Shown here piece by piece: positions 1-10,188 of a stretch of DNA of 64,000 bases (its first letter is position 1; each line of letters starts with the position of its first letter). Where the stretch lies: assembly GCA_017610205.1 (NCBI GenBank), contig JAFCCL010000003.1:62353-126352 (forward strand). Reading direction: 5' to 3'. The translations under genes and the position numbers were made by a program. A model generated the notes under the pieces. The model saw nothing but the letters and a program-made list of their open reading frames with translations, had not been told where the DNA came from and ran no database searches. The DNA is from Candidatus Iainarchaeum sp. (GTDB taxonomy: Archaea; Iainarchaeota; Iainarchaeia; Iainarchaeales; GCA-2688035).

Positions 1-1041
1 TCCGGCTTTTTCAATTACCTTTTTTACATTTCCCAAATCCCTTCCGTCTGCTGTTTCAAGTTTTGAAATAAGTTCGTTCAGCCTGTCAATTGAGTTCTGT
101 GCCGCTCTCAGTCCTTCAAAAGTAAAATTAAGTGGTTGCCTGTAGTGTCCTGAAATCATCAGGTATCTTACAGCAATTGGGTTGTTGTCTTTTAAGTCTT
201 GCAGGGTGTAAAAGTTTCCAAGGCTTTTGCTCATCTTTTCCCCATTCACCTGCAAAAATGCGTTGTGTATCCAGTATTTTGCAAAAGGCTTTCCTGTTGC
301 TCCCTCTGACTGTGCTATTTCGTTTTCGTGGTGTGGAAAAATCAGGTCTTGTCCTCCTGAGTGGATGTCAAAACTTTTGCCCAAATGCTTCATGCTCATT
401 GCACTGCATTCAATATGCCATCCTGGTCTTCCTTTTCCAAGTTCTGTTTCCCAGAAAACAGAACCGTCGTTTTTGTCCCAGGCTTTCCATAATGCAAAAT
501 CCTGCGCTTCGCCTTTTTCATATTCATCCTGTTTTACTCTTGCCCCTGCTTTTAATTTCCTAAAATCAATGTGTGCAAGTTTGCCATAGTCTTTGAATTT
601 TTTTATATTGTAGTAAACGCTTCCGTCTTCTCCTTTGTAAGCGTAGCCTTTTTTCAAAAGCTTTGCAATTAATTCAACCATTTCTTTTATGTGCTCTGTT
701 GCTTTTGGGTAAATATCTGCCGGTAACACTCTTGAGGCTTTCATATCTTCAAAGAAGGAATTGGTGTATTTTTCAGTGAATTCTTTTAAGGAAATTCCTT
801 CCTTTTGCGAGTCCCTAATGGTTTTGTCGTCGACATCAGTAATGTTTCTTACGTGTTTTACTTTAAATCCCTTGTAAAGCAAATAGCGCTTTAAAATGTC
901 TTCTGATAAAAAGCTTTTCAAATTGCCTATGTGAATAACGTTGTAAACAGTTGGCCCACAGGTGTACAATCCAACATTCTTTCCTTTTAACGGCTTGAAT
1001 TCCTCTTTCTTTCTGCTTATTGTGTTGTACAGTTTAAGCAT
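1..1041 (-). CDS. cysS: Cysteinyl-tRNA synthetase (3' end beyond window start)
   Basis: Not in ORF track. Manual translation gives MLKLYNTISRKKEEFKPL...YTCGPTVYNVIHIGN (HIGH-like) and a later KMSKSLG motif. Confidence 0.95.
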   Translation of the reverse strand, partial: MLKLYNTISRKKEEFKPLKGKNVGLYTCGPTVYNVIHIGNLKSFLSEDILKRYLLYKGFKVKHVRNITDVDDKTIRDSQKEGISLKEFTEKYTNSFFEDMKASRVLPADIYPKATEHIKEMVELIAKLLKKGYAYKGEDGSVYYNIKKFKDYGKLAHIDFRKLKAGARVKQDEYEKGEAQDFALWKAWDKNDGSVFWETELGKGRPGWHIECSAMSMKHLGKSFDIHSGGQDLIFPHHENEIAQSEGATGKPFAKYWIHNAFLQVNGEKMSKSLGNFYTLQDLKDNNPIAVRYLMISGHYRQPLNFTFEGLRAAQNSIDRLNELISKLETADGRDLGNVKKVIEKAG

Positions 1042-1110
1042 TTTAAATCAATAAATTAATGAATTAAAGAATATTAAAATGCTTGGGTTAGTGGCAAATG
1101 CCTATTCTGT

Positions 1111-2478
1111 TTAAATCCTGAACTGTGCCTTCCAGTACTTGCATACTTCCAGTGTTTTCTTTTCTGCAATTCCTGTGTATTTTTCAGGGTTTTGAAGGAT
1201 TTCTTTTTGCTGTTTTCCAAGCTTTTCAATGAAAGGCGTTATTTCTTCATCTGCAAGTACAAGGTCCATTAGCTTGTTTCCGCTTTTTTCTGCTTCAAGC
1301 GTTTTTTTCCTTACATACTCGTGTGCGTCAGGGTATCCTTTTGCTGCAAGTAGCAGGTAAAGTGGTTCTGCTACAATGCCTTCTTTGCAGGAATCAAAAT
1401 TCCTTTTCATGCTTTCTTTGTCAACAACCAGATTTGAGCAAACCTTGTTTAGCCTTTTAGCGCTTGCCACAACTCCTGCAAAAAGTTCCGGTACAAACCT
1501 TTGCGAAGCACTGTTGGTAAGGTCCCGTTGGTGTTCGCTTATTGCATCCATATTAAAGGTTATTGCGCGTGGCATGAATTCTTTCCAAAGGCTTTTCACG
1601 TTTTCAAAATTTATAGGGTTTCTTTTGTGCGGCATGGTTGAACTTCCAACCTGTTTTGCGCCAAAGGCTTCAGCAACCTCTGCAATTTCGCTTCTTTGCA
1701 GGTTTCTCATGTCATCTGCAAAATTTGCAAGTACGTTAAATGCTCCAACTAGTGCATTTAGTAAGTCAAGCAGTGTTTCCGGTGCAACAACCTGTGTTGA
1801 GTGCTTGCATTGTTTTAATCCAAGTTGTTCCATTATGCTTTTTTCAAAACCTGGTGGGTCTTGTACAAAAAGGCTGCTTCCGTTGAATGCTCCTACTGCT
1901 CCTGAAAACTTTCCTTCCAGTAAATCTTTTGTTTTTTCAATTGCTTTTATTCTGTTGCCAAGCCTGTTAACATATCCTGCAATTGCAAATCCAAAGGTTA
2001 TTGGTTCTGCGTGCTGGCCGTGTGTTCTTCCAATTTGAAGCGTGCTTTTTTCCCTTAAGGCAATTTCAATAAGTGTTTTTTCAAGCCTTACAAGTTCTGG
2101 AATAACAGTCTTTTCACAGGCTTCTTTGTATCTTACTGCATTTGCGGTGTCAACAATATCGTAAGAGGTTGCTCCAAAGTGTACAAATGGCTTTGCCCTA
2201 TCGCTTACCTTTTTTCTGATGCAGTTTGCCAATGCTCTTACATCGTGTTTTGTGATTTTTTCTTCCTCATAAACTTCTTCTGCCCTAACTTTTTCAGAGG
2301 CTTTTGCAATTTCTTCCGCAATTTGTCTGCTGCAAATGCCTTGCTTTGCCAAAGCCATTGCAAGTACTGCCTCTACTTTTGCCTGAAAGCCAATTCTTGC
2401 CTCTTCGCTTAAAAGTTTTGCGGTTTCCTTGTCCCAGTATCTGTAATCAAGTGGTGATATGAATTCAAATTTGTCCAT
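1111..2478 (-). CDS. purB: Adenylosuccinate lyase
   Basis: GRTHGQHAEP and GSSTMPHKRNP signatures; purine cluster context. Confidence 0.95.
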   Translation of the reverse strand: MDKFEFISPLDYRYWDKETAKLLSEEARIGFQAKVEAVLAMALAKQGICSRQIAEEIAKASEKVRAEEVYEEEKITKHDVRALANCIRKKVSDRAKPFVHFGATSYDIVDTANAVRYKEACEKTVIPELVRLEKTLIEIALREKSTLQIGRTHGQHAEPITFGFAIAGYVNRLGNRIKAIEKTKDLLEGKFSGAVGAFNGSSLFVQDPPGFEKSIMEQLGLKQCKHSTQVVAPETLLDLLNALVGAFNVLANFADDMRNLQRSEIAEVAEAFGAKQVGSSTMPHKRNPINFENVKSLWKEFMPRAITFNMDAISEHQRDLTNSASQRFVPELFAGVVASAKRLNKVCSNLVVDKESMKRNFDSCKEGIVAEPLYLLLAAKGYPDAHEYVRKKTLEAEKSGNKLMDLVLADEEITPFIEKLGKQQKEILQNPEKYTGIAEKKTLEVCKYWKAQFRI

Positions 2479-2481
2479 TTT

Positions 2482-3459
2482 TTAAGCCTCCATATTTTTT
2501 TCAAGAAATGCCTTGTACTGGTTCATTGTTTCTTCAATGCTTGGTGCTTTCCAGTGCTTTTCTCCTGTCCAGGTTTCACACACGCTTTTGTACATGTTTG
2601 AAGTAATTTCAATAAGCTCTTTTGGCAACAGGGGTGGAGTGGTAAATTCTCCGTGTCCCTTTCCTTCAGCTTTCTCCAATTCAATTGTTTCATACCAGGG
2701 AGTTGTTTTGTAATAGTCTCTTAAAATCTGCTTGCTTACATTGATTCCGTTGTACAAAAACCTGTTTTCGTCCAAGGTTCCGCATACATCTACCAGAATG
2801 AATTCTCTTTGTGGGTTTATTCCAAATTCAATTTTTCCATCAGCGTGCTCCAGTCCTATTTCTCTTGCTTTTTTTGTTAAAAAGTCGTTTATCTCCAAAG
2901 CCTTTCCCTTCAGGTCTTCAATTTCTGTCTGGTTTAAGCAGGAAATTTCCGCGGCTTCTTCCCATGTTAAATACCGGTCTGTTGGCTCAAGCTTTGTGCT
3001 GACATCCATTATTGGCAGGGTAAGTTTTTCTCCGGCTTCAGGCATTTTTTCAAGGCCAAGTTCCTCCAATGTTATTCTGCCTTTTGCAAGCCTTTTGAAT
3101 ACACTGCTTCCTTCCGGCAGAGAATTTCTGAAAATAATTTCCAGTGGCACAAGGTAATTTCCCATGCCTGGTTTTAGTTCTCCTTTTTGTGGAAATAACA
3201 CCCGTACTAGGTCAACTTCCATTTCGTTTCCTGAAATAAGCTTTCGAAAATGGCTTTTTATTCCTAGCTTTTCAAGTTCTTGAAAGTTATAAGTAGCCAT
3301 TCTGCATAATGCTTCACCTTTGTTTGGAATTGTGTTAGGCATCTTTCCATAATCAAACACAGAGTAATCGTCTGTAAACCTGAATACTCCTATGCCTTCC
3401 AAATCTGCTGTTGCCTGTTCGCTTACTGTTAAATCTTTTACACTTCCCATAAAACCCAA
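2482..3459 (-). CDS. purC: SAICAR synthetase (archaeal long form)
   Basis: GSVKD, FTDDYSVFD, IPNKGEAL, DGKIEFG, DENRF, SKQILRDYY motifs. Confidence 0.93.
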   Translation of the reverse strand: MGFMGSVKDLTVSEQATADLEGIGVFRFTDDYSVFDYGKMPNTIPNKGEALCRMATYNFQELEKLGIKSHFRKLISGNEMEVDLVRVLFPQKGELKPGMGNYLVPLEIIFRNSLPEGSSVFKRLAKGRITLEELGLEKMPEAGEKLTLPIMDVSTKLEPTDRYLTWEEAAEISCLNQTEIEDLKGKALEINDFLTKKAREIGLEHADGKIEFGINPQREFILVDVCGTLDENRFLYNGINVSKQILRDYYKTTPWYETIELEKAEGKGHGEFTTPPLLPKELIEITSNMYKSVCETWTGEKHWKAPSIEETMNQYKAFLEKNMEA

Positions 3460-3471
3460 CCTTGCTTTTTT

Positions 3472-4188
3472 TTACATTTTAATTATTTTTGCAGCGCACA
3501 ATGCAGCATTTTCTCCTCTTCCCAAGCCGACCCAAAGACCTTTTGTTGCAAGTGCTGACAATTTCAACGCGTCGCTTTTTTCTGAATCTTCCTTTATTGG
3601 TACAAAAATAACCAATTGTTTTTCAGGGTCAACTGCTTCAACTGTGCCAATTTCAATAAAGTCAATGTAAACTGCTTCACTGTCATTATAGGAATCCTCT
3701 TCCTGTTCTTCAAACGGAACGTCCAATTCTTTAAGTGTTTCTTTGCATGCTCTGATTCTTTTTTCAATTTCCGGGCTTTGCTCTGTTGCAACAAGAATTG
3801 CCTTTTTCTTTCCATGCAAAATGTTTACAACAGCGTCAACTGTTTCTTCAATTGCTTCAACTCCTGTTCCAAGCACTGCAAAGCCCTTTGGCATTTGATG
3901 AATGCTTAGTAAGGCATCCAATCCAAAATAGTTCGCATTTACTGGAATTCCTATTACTATTTTGTCTGAGTGTGATGCAATAAATCCTGGAAGTGCTGCA
4001 CTCAATCCTGCTCCTGCAATTACAACCTTTTCGTCGCTTTCTTTGAGTATTTTTTCAAGCCTTTTAGGTTCCCTGTGCGCAGAGCAAACCTCAAGCTTTG
4101 CCTCAATTCCTTTTTCTTCAAGCTTTTCCATTAGCTTGCTGTAAACAGCCTTGTCTGAATCACTGCCAAAAATTACCAGTACTCTCAA
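3472..4188 (-). CDS. purE: AIR carboxylase/N5-CAIR mutase with a second, degenerate PurE-like C-terminal domain
   Basis: GSDSD, SAHR, AGLSAALPG, GLDALLSIHQMPKG motifs; likely TTG start at 4188 (ORF track start 4248). Confidence 0.88.
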   Translation of the reverse strand: MRVLVIFGSDSDKAVYSKLMEKLEEKGIEAKLEVCSAHREPKRLEKILKESDEKVVIAGAGLSAALPGFIASHSDKIVIGIPVNANYFGLDALLSIHQMPKGFAVLGTGVEAIEETVDAVVNILHGKKKAILVATEQSPEIEKRIRACKETLKELDVPFEEQEEDSYNDSEAVYIDFIEIGTVEAVDPEKQLVIFVPIKEDSEKSDALKLSALATKGLWVGLGRGENAALCAAKIIKM

Positions 4189-4329
4189 AAATAAAACCCC
4201 TTGAAAGAATTCACAATAAAAGCGTTTTAAACCTATTGCCCTTCTCAAGGTTGTTTGTATGGCTTGTTTTTGTTAATATTTTAATCTCCTCATAAAAAGA
4301 TTAAATACCAGATTTCCACCCTATTTTTT

Positions 4330-4878
4330 GTGATGAATTCAAAAAAAGTTTCCAGCAAGCCCAAGCCATTCTCTCCAAAAAATAGAAAAAGTTTTGCAAA
4401 AAAAAGAGAAAGGCTGCAAAGGCAACAAAAAAAGGCTGCAAAGTGCAGAGCATTAGAGGACTATAAGAAATTTTCCTCTGAAGAGAATTTATGCAGGATT
4501 GTGAAACTAGTTACTTCTTTGCAGACACAACATAAGTGGACTGAAGCAAATACAGTAAATAACCTTTAATGGAATAATTAGGGGCATTGCAGTTCAAAGA
4601 GCCTTGATTGGTATTGGCATACTGGACAAAGCCAAAGTTAGGGAAATTCAAGAATTAACAGAAGGTATAACGCCCGGAGTGAGCTGGTATTGGGTGCTGG
4701 CAGGTCATTGGCAAAGTCAGATGAAAAACTGAATGAAATACCTAAAGAGTTAACAGAATGTTTTGGTGGATTCTTAAAGTCACATATCTTTGAGTTAAAA
4801 GCCGCTTTTTTTAAAAGAATGCTTGCGAACAAGCTGAAAAAAATTTTCGAAAATCGGTTAAAAAATGCTTTGCAATAA
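4330..4878 (+). pseudogene. Probable disrupted orphan gene with Lys/Pro-rich N-terminus
   Basis: ORFs 4330-4569 and 4690-4878 are in the same frame, separated by TAA (4567), TAG (4579) and TAG (4639). Confidence 0.45.
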
Positions 4879-4887
4879 TTTTTTATT

Positions 4888-6102
4888 ATGGGTTTGAACA
4901 AAAAGCAGGTGTTTGCATTTCTTGAAGAATTACAGGGTGGTGGAATAAAGCTTGGGTTGGAGCGCATAGAAAAATTTCTCACCTTTATTGGAAATCCTGA
5001 AAAAGAATTCAAGTCTGTTCACATTGCAGGCACAAACGGCAAGGGCAGTACTGCTACAATGATTGAACAAATTTTAAGACAGGCTGGTTTTAAGACCGGT
5101 CTGTTTACAAGCCCCCATCTTGTCTGCTTCAATGAAAGAATTAGGGTTAACGGTGTTGAAATAAGCGATAAATATCTGGTTAAGCTTGTTGGTGAATTGA
5201 GGAAAGAAATGAAAAAAAGCGGAATTGAATTAAGCTACTTTGAGTTTATTACAGCGCTTGCATTCAGGCACTTTGCAAATTCAAAAGTCGATATTGCCAT
5301 AATTGAAACAGGAATGGGCGGCAGGCTTGATGCAACAAACGTTATACATCCTCTGGTTTCTGTGATTACAAATATTGCAATGGAGCACGAAAAGTATTTG
5401 GGAAGCACTTTTGCACAGATTGCTGGAGAAAAAGCAGGAATAATAAAAGAAAAAGTCCCGGTTGTTACTTCTGCCAGAAACGATATAGTGCTTAGTGTGA
5501 TTCGAAGAGTGTGCAGGGAAAAAAACAGCAGTCTGTCCATTATACAAAGACCTTTGTTTAATGAAGTTGGCATGAAAGGCATTTTTCAGGGATGGAATGC
5601 TGCTTTGGCAGTGGCTGCTGTAAAGCAATTAAAGTTAGCTGGTTTTGAAGTGGGAAAGCAGGCAATTGAGGAAGGGCTTTCTCTTGCAAAGATTTCATGC
5701 AGGTTTGATATTGTAAGAAAAGAACCAATTGTTATACTTGATTGTGCTCACAATCCTGCCTGTTGTGTTGTTCTTGCAAAATCTTTTGCAAAAGAGTTTC
5801 CTGAAAAAAAGGCACTGCTTGTTTTTGGAGCAAGCAAGGGTAAAAATGTTCTGGCAATGGCTAAAAGGCTTGCTCCTGTTTCCAAAAAAGTGTTTGTTAC
5901 CAGTGCAAAGTACAGGGCAATGGATACTGAAAAGATTGCAAAAGTGTTTGAAGACCTTGGGCTAGAAATTGAAGTTGTTAAAAATGTTGAAAATGCTGTG
6001 AAGAAAGCAATTTCTTGCGCAAAACAGGGTGACGTTGTGCTTGTAACCGGAAGCTGTTTTGTTGCAGGGGAAGTTTTGGAATTTTTTAAAAAAAAGGAAT
6101 AA
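4888..6102 (+). CDS. folC: Folylpolyglutamate synthase/dihydrofolate synthase
   Basis: HIAGTNGKGST P-loop, FTSPHL, ETGMGGRLDATN, LDCAHN. Confidence 0.95.
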   Translation: MGLNKKQVFAFLEELQGGGIKLGLERIEKFLTFIGNPEKEFKSVHIAGTNGKGSTATMIEQILRQAGFKTGLFTSPHLVCFNERIRVNGVEISDKYLVKLVGELRKEMKKSGIELSYFEFITALAFRHFANSKVDIAIIETGMGGRLDATNVIHPLVSVITNIAMEHEKYLGSTFAQIAGEKAGIIKEKVPVVTSARNDIVLSVIRRVCREKNSSLSIIQRPLFNEVGMKGIFQGWNAALAVAAVKQLKLAGFEVGKQAIEEGLSLAKISCRFDIVRKEPIVILDCAHNPACCVVLAKSFAKEFPEKKALLVFGASKGKNVLAMAKRLAPVSKKVFVTSAKYRAMDTEKIAKVFEDLGLEIEVVKNVENAVKKAISCAKQGDVVLVTGSCFVAGEVLEFFKKKE

Positions 6103-6225
6103 TTATTTTTTACATGGTTTGTTTGGATTTTTTTTGTTTTTTTTTTTAAAAAAAGGGAATAGGTTTTTAAGGAGAATTTGTTTTTAATTTTGTAAGTTGT
6201 AAACAATTTTTTCAAGTGATTCTTA

Positions 6226-6906
6226 ATGGCCTGGACTATGGAGCGAAAGACAAACTTTCTTCTAGCTTTATTTATTGGGTGTCTTGTTGCAGCAAACCTT
6301 ATTGGGTTGAAAATTGCTTCTTTTGGAATGGCAGGAGTTTTCATTTTTGGGTTTCCTTTGTTTTTTGAGGCAAGTGTTGCAATTCTTGTTTTTCCGGTTC
6401 TTTTTCTAATAACTGACATTATCGCAGAGGTTCATGGAAAGCAAAAGGCAAAGGAATTTGTTTACCTTGGCCTTATTGTTTTGGTTTTCGTTCTCTTGGT
6501 TACTGCTATTGCTGTTTTGCTTCCTGCTGCGGAAAGGAGCTTTATTTCAGGTGAAGATTATGCTGCAATTTTTGGAACAACTTTGAGGATTTTCTTTGCT
6601 TCAATTATTGGGTTTTTCGTAAGCCAGATGCATGACGTTCAAGCTTTTCATTTTTGGAAGGAAAAAACAAACGGAAAGCATTTGTGGCTTAGAAACAATG
6701 CTTCCACAATGGTAAGCCAGTTTATTGACACAACAATTTTCATGTTTATTGCTTTTTATGCACTGACGCCAAAATTTACTGTTGAGTACATTTTTGCGTT
6801 AATAATTCCTTACTGGATTATTAAGGTTCTTTTTGCAGCATTTGACACGCCTTTCTGCTATTACGGCGTAAAATGGCTAAAGGGGAAAAGCGCACAAAAA
6901 GCCTAA
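6226..6906 (+). CDS. Queuosine/preQ0 precursor transporter (YhhQ/VUT family)
   Basis: Multi-TM protein with TDIIAEVHG, SQMHDV, LWLRNNASTMVSQFIDT, DTPF. Confidence 0.85.
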   Translation: MAWTMERKTNFLLALFIGCLVAANLIGLKIASFGMAGVFIFGFPLFFEASVAILVFPVLFLITDIIAEVHGKQKAKEFVYLGLIVLVFVLLVTAIAVLLPAAERSFISGEDYAAIFGTTLRIFFASIIGFFVSQMHDVQAFHFWKEKTNGKHLWLRNNASTMVSQFIDTTIFMFIAFYALTPKFTVEYIFALIIPYWIIKVLFAAFDTPFCYYGVKWLKGKSAQKA

Positions 6907-6974
6907 GCAACAATGCCCTTTTTATTTTCTTAAGCTCTATTTTTTTTGTTATATTTAAAAATAAGGTGTTTTTT

Positions 6975-7820
6975 TTGGGAAATGTTTTAGGCAGTAGTAA
7001 AATAGCAGCAAAGCTTTTTGAAGAAACCAGTGTTATGCTTGAGAATCTGCACATGAAAAAAATATATCCAAACCTTGCTGTAATCCTTGTAGGCAACAAT
7101 CCTGCATCCGAACTTTATGTTAAAAAAAAGAAAATTGCGTGTGACGAGCTTGGCATTGAATTTGAATTGTTAAGGTTTGCTGAAAACATTTCACAAAGAG
7201 ACATCCTTCAGATTATAAACGACCTCAATCACAAGATTTCAGTTAACGCAATTCTTGTCCAAATTCCTTTGCCAAAGCAACTTGACTCTTCAATAATTCT
7301 TAACACTGTTTCTCCACTAAAGGACGTTGATGGCTTTACTGCATTTAACCTTGGTCTTTTGAGTTATGGCAAGGAAGAAATTGTTTCATGCACTGCTCAG
7401 GGCATTGTAAAACTTTTGGAAAGTACTGGAACAACAATTGAGGGAAGCAATGCCTGTATTATAAACCACAGTATTATTGTTGGAAGGCCTTTGAGTCAGC
7501 TTTTACTTAACCGTGGTGCAACTGTTACCGTATGTCATGCTAAAACAACAGACCTTGCAATGCACACAAAAAATGCAGATATTCTTATTACAGCTGTTGG
7601 AAAACCAGGTCTTATTAATGGCGATATGGTAAAGCCAGGTGCGGTGGTAATTGATGCCGGAATTGCAAGAAAAAACGGAAAAACAGTTGGCGATGTTGAT
7701 TTTGAAAGTGTAAAAGACGTTGCTTCATATATTACTCCTGTTCCTGGTGGCATTGGTCCAATGACAATTGCCTGTCTTGTGAACAATGTTGCAAAGCTTG
7801 CAATGCTTCACAATCAATAA
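6975..7820 (+). CDS. folD: Methylene-THF dehydrogenase/cyclohydrolase
   Basis: YVKKK, KDVDGF, IVGRPL, VIDAGI, GDVDF, TPVPGGIGPMT; likely TTG start 6975 (ORF track 6873). Confidence 0.95.
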   Translation: MGNVLGSSKIAAKLFEETSVMLENLHMKKIYPNLAVILVGNNPASELYVKKKKIACDELGIEFELLRFAENISQRDILQIINDLNHKISVNAILVQIPLPKQLDSSIILNTVSPLKDVDGFTAFNLGLLSYGKEEIVSCTAQGIVKLLESTGTTIEGSNACIINHSIIVGRPLSQLLLNRGATVTVCHAKTTDLAMHTKNADILITAVGKPGLINGDMVKPGAVVIDAGIARKNGKTVGDVDFESVKDVASYITPVPGGIGPMTIACLVNNVAKLAMLHNQ

Positions 7821-7853
7821 TTAGATTCTTAAATTGTTCTTCCAAACTGGGAA

Positions 7854-8123
7854 TTATTCCTGCAAAAGCCCTTTTTCTTTGAGTGCTTCCAAAATTTTTT
7901 CCTTGTCAAAGCCGTGAATCATTATTCCATCAATGTCAAGCACTGGTGCGTTTATTTCTTCTGTTGAAAGTCCTGCAGCCTCCATTTTTTGCACAACTTC
8001 ACTGTTTTTTTCCTCGCTTTTCTGAACATTGAATTCTTCAAATGCAATATTTTTTCTTTTAAGCACGGCCTTTGCCGCAGCACACTTTGGGCAATTTGAA
8101 ATAGAGTAAACAATTACGCTCAT
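7854..8123 (-). CDS. Glutaredoxin/NrdH-like redoxin
   Basis: CPKC motif, APVLDIDG...GFD, 89 aa. Confidence 0.85.
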   Translation of the reverse strand: MSVIVYSISNCPKCAAAKAVLKRKNIAFEEFNVQKSEEKNSEVVQKMEAAGLSTEEINAPVLDIDGIMIHGFDKEKILEALKEKGLLQE

Positions 8124-8188
8124 ATTGAAAAATAGGCAGCGAAAACTATTTAATGAATTGTTAAATCAACTTATTCAACTTAGGGGGC

Positions 8189-8815
8189 GTGAAATTGACA
8201 AAGCTTATTATTGGAGTGCTTGCAAGTACTAAAGGAACTGATTTACAGGCTGTTATTGGTGCCATTGAACAAAAAGAGCTTGATGCGGAAATTGCTTGTG
8301 TAATAAGCAATAAAGAAGATAGCTTTGCATTAAAGAGGGCAAGAAAGCATGGCATTGAAGTAATTTTTCTTAATCCAAAAGATTTTGATTCAATGGAAAA
8401 ATATGATGGGGCAATTGCAAAACTTTTTAATAAAAGAAATGTTGGACTTGTTCTTTTGATTGGCTACAACAAGATTTTGTCAAAGGCTTTTGTTGATGCT
8501 TTTAAAAATAGGGTTATGAATATTCATCCAAGCCTGCTTCCTTTCTTTAAGGGCTGGTATGCAAGCATTTATCCAAGAGTGCTGGAGGCAAATGTAAAGG
8601 AAACAGGATGCACCTTATTTTTTGTTGACCAGAAGCCTGATGCAGGCCCGATAATTTTGCAAAAGATAGTTTCTGTTGATGAAAATGAAACAATTGATTC
8701 TTTGAAGAAAAAGGTGCAAAAGGCAGAACAGGAAGTTCTCCTCAAAGGCGTTAAGCTCTTTTTGGAAGGCAGGCTGAAGGTTGAAGGAAAAAGAGTTTAT
8801 GTAGCCAAAGCGTAA
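8189..8815 (+). CDS. purN: GAR transformylase (folate-dependent)
   Basis: ASTKGTDL, NIHPSLLP, ETGCT, DAGPII. Confidence 0.92.
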   Translation: MKLTKLIIGVLASTKGTDLQAVIGAIEQKELDAEIACVISNKEDSFALKRARKHGIEVIFLNPKDFDSMEKYDGAIAKLFNKRNVGLVLLIGYNKILSKAFVDAFKNRVMNIHPSLLPFFKGWYASIYPRVLEANVKETGCTLFFVDQKPDAGPIILQKIVSVDENETIDSLKKKVQKAEQEVLLKGVKLFLEGRLKVEGKRVYVAKA

Positions 8816-8883
8816 AGAAGCTTTTTATTCCTTTTCAACTTAATTTTTACAACTTATTTTTTTTTTAAAAAGGGGGGTTTTTA

Positions 8884-10176
8884 ATGGATCGAAAAAAACT
8901 TGAAGAACTTACTTCACCAAATGCTGCAAATGCAAAGAAATTAATGCTTCTTGGAAGCGGAGAACTTGGAAAAGAGATTGTAATTGAAGCAAAAAGGCTT
9001 GGCTTTAGTACTGTTGCTGTTGACAGATATCAGGGAGCGCCTGCCCAGCAGGTTGCTGACAAGTCTTACACTGGTTTGATGACAAACGCCGGCTTTTTGC
9101 GTTCGATTGTTGAAAAAGAAAAACCAGATTGTATAATTCCTGAAATTGAAGCAATAAACCTTGACCTGCTTTTTGATTTGGAAAAAGAGGGCTTTAATGT
9201 TATTCCAAATGCAAAAGCAACCCATACAACAATGCAAAGGGAAAGAATCAGAAAAGTAATTGCAGAAGATGCTGGGGTTAAAACTTCAAAGTATGCTTAT
9301 GCAGAATCCCTTGACGAATTAAAAGAAGCATGTGAAAAAGTAGGTTATTCCTGCTGGGTAAAGGCAATGATGTCAAGTTCTGGTCATGGCTCTGCTTTTG
9401 TTAAAGGGCCTGAAGATATTGAAAAAGCTTACAAAATTGCAACAGAGGAAGGTCGTGTTAAAGGAGCAAGAATTATTGTTGAAGAACACGTTGACTTTGA
9501 TATTGAGGTAACTGAACTTGCCGTAAGACATTTTAATGAAGACGGAAAAATTGTAACATCTTTTCCAAAGCCTGTTGGACATTATCAAATTGACGGCGAT
9601 TACCACAGCAGCTGGCAGCCGGCAGAAGTAAGTGAGCTTGCAGAAAAAAGAATCTACGAAGCTGCCGGAAAGATTACCGGAGCGCTTGGAGGGCTTGGCT
9701 TGTTTGGATGCGAACTCTTTGTAAAAGGAGATGAAGTTTATGCAAACGAATGCAGTCCAAGGCCGCATGATACTGGAATGGTTACTTTTGTAACACACCA
9801 GCTTGGCTTTACTCAGGCAGGACTGCATGTAAGGGCAATAACTGGCCTGCCTGTTCCGGCAATTGAAGAAGATGGCTTCAGAAAGATTCCTGCTTTAACA
9901 CCAGGGGCATCTCATGTTATATCCTGTCCAAGTGAAGGATATGATGCAATGCTTGGCAATGTTTTCAATGCCACAAATGAATTAGGTGTTTCGTTGCTTT
10001 TCTTTGGAAAGCCAGAAGCACATGTTGGAAGAAGAATGGGTGTTGTTCTTGCAACAGCCAACAAGGTTGAGAATGCAAAGAAAAAGGCTGAAAGAGTTGC
10101 TCACAAAATTGAAATGCAAACAAGACAGGTTGCAGAGTGGAAAAAACAGCAGTTAAAAGAAAAACACATTCTTTAG
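8884..10176 (+). CDS. purT: Formate-dependent GAR transformylase
   Basis: LLGSGELGKE, PEIEAI, MSSSGHG, SPRPHDTGMVT, FGKP, RRMGV. Confidence 0.95.
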   Translation: MDRKKLEELTSPNAANAKKLMLLGSGELGKEIVIEAKRLGFSTVAVDRYQGAPAQQVADKSYTGLMTNAGFLRSIVEKEKPDCIIPEIEAINLDLLFDLEKEGFNVIPNAKATHTTMQRERIRKVIAEDAGVKTSKYAYAESLDELKEACEKVGYSCWVKAMMSSSGHGSAFVKGPEDIEKAYKIATEEGRVKGARIIVEEHVDFDIEVTELAVRHFNEDGKIVTSFPKPVGHYQIDGDYHSSWQPAEVSELAEKRIYEAAGKITGALGGLGLFGCELFVKGDEVYANECSPRPHDTGMVTFVTHQLGFTQAGLHVRAITGLPVPAIEEDGFRKIPALTPGASHVISCPSEGYDAMLGNVFNATNELGVSLLFFGKPEAHVGRRMGVVLATANKVENAKKKAERVAHKIEMQTRQVAEWKKQQLKEKHIL

Positions 10177-10188
10177 GAAATGTTTTGA

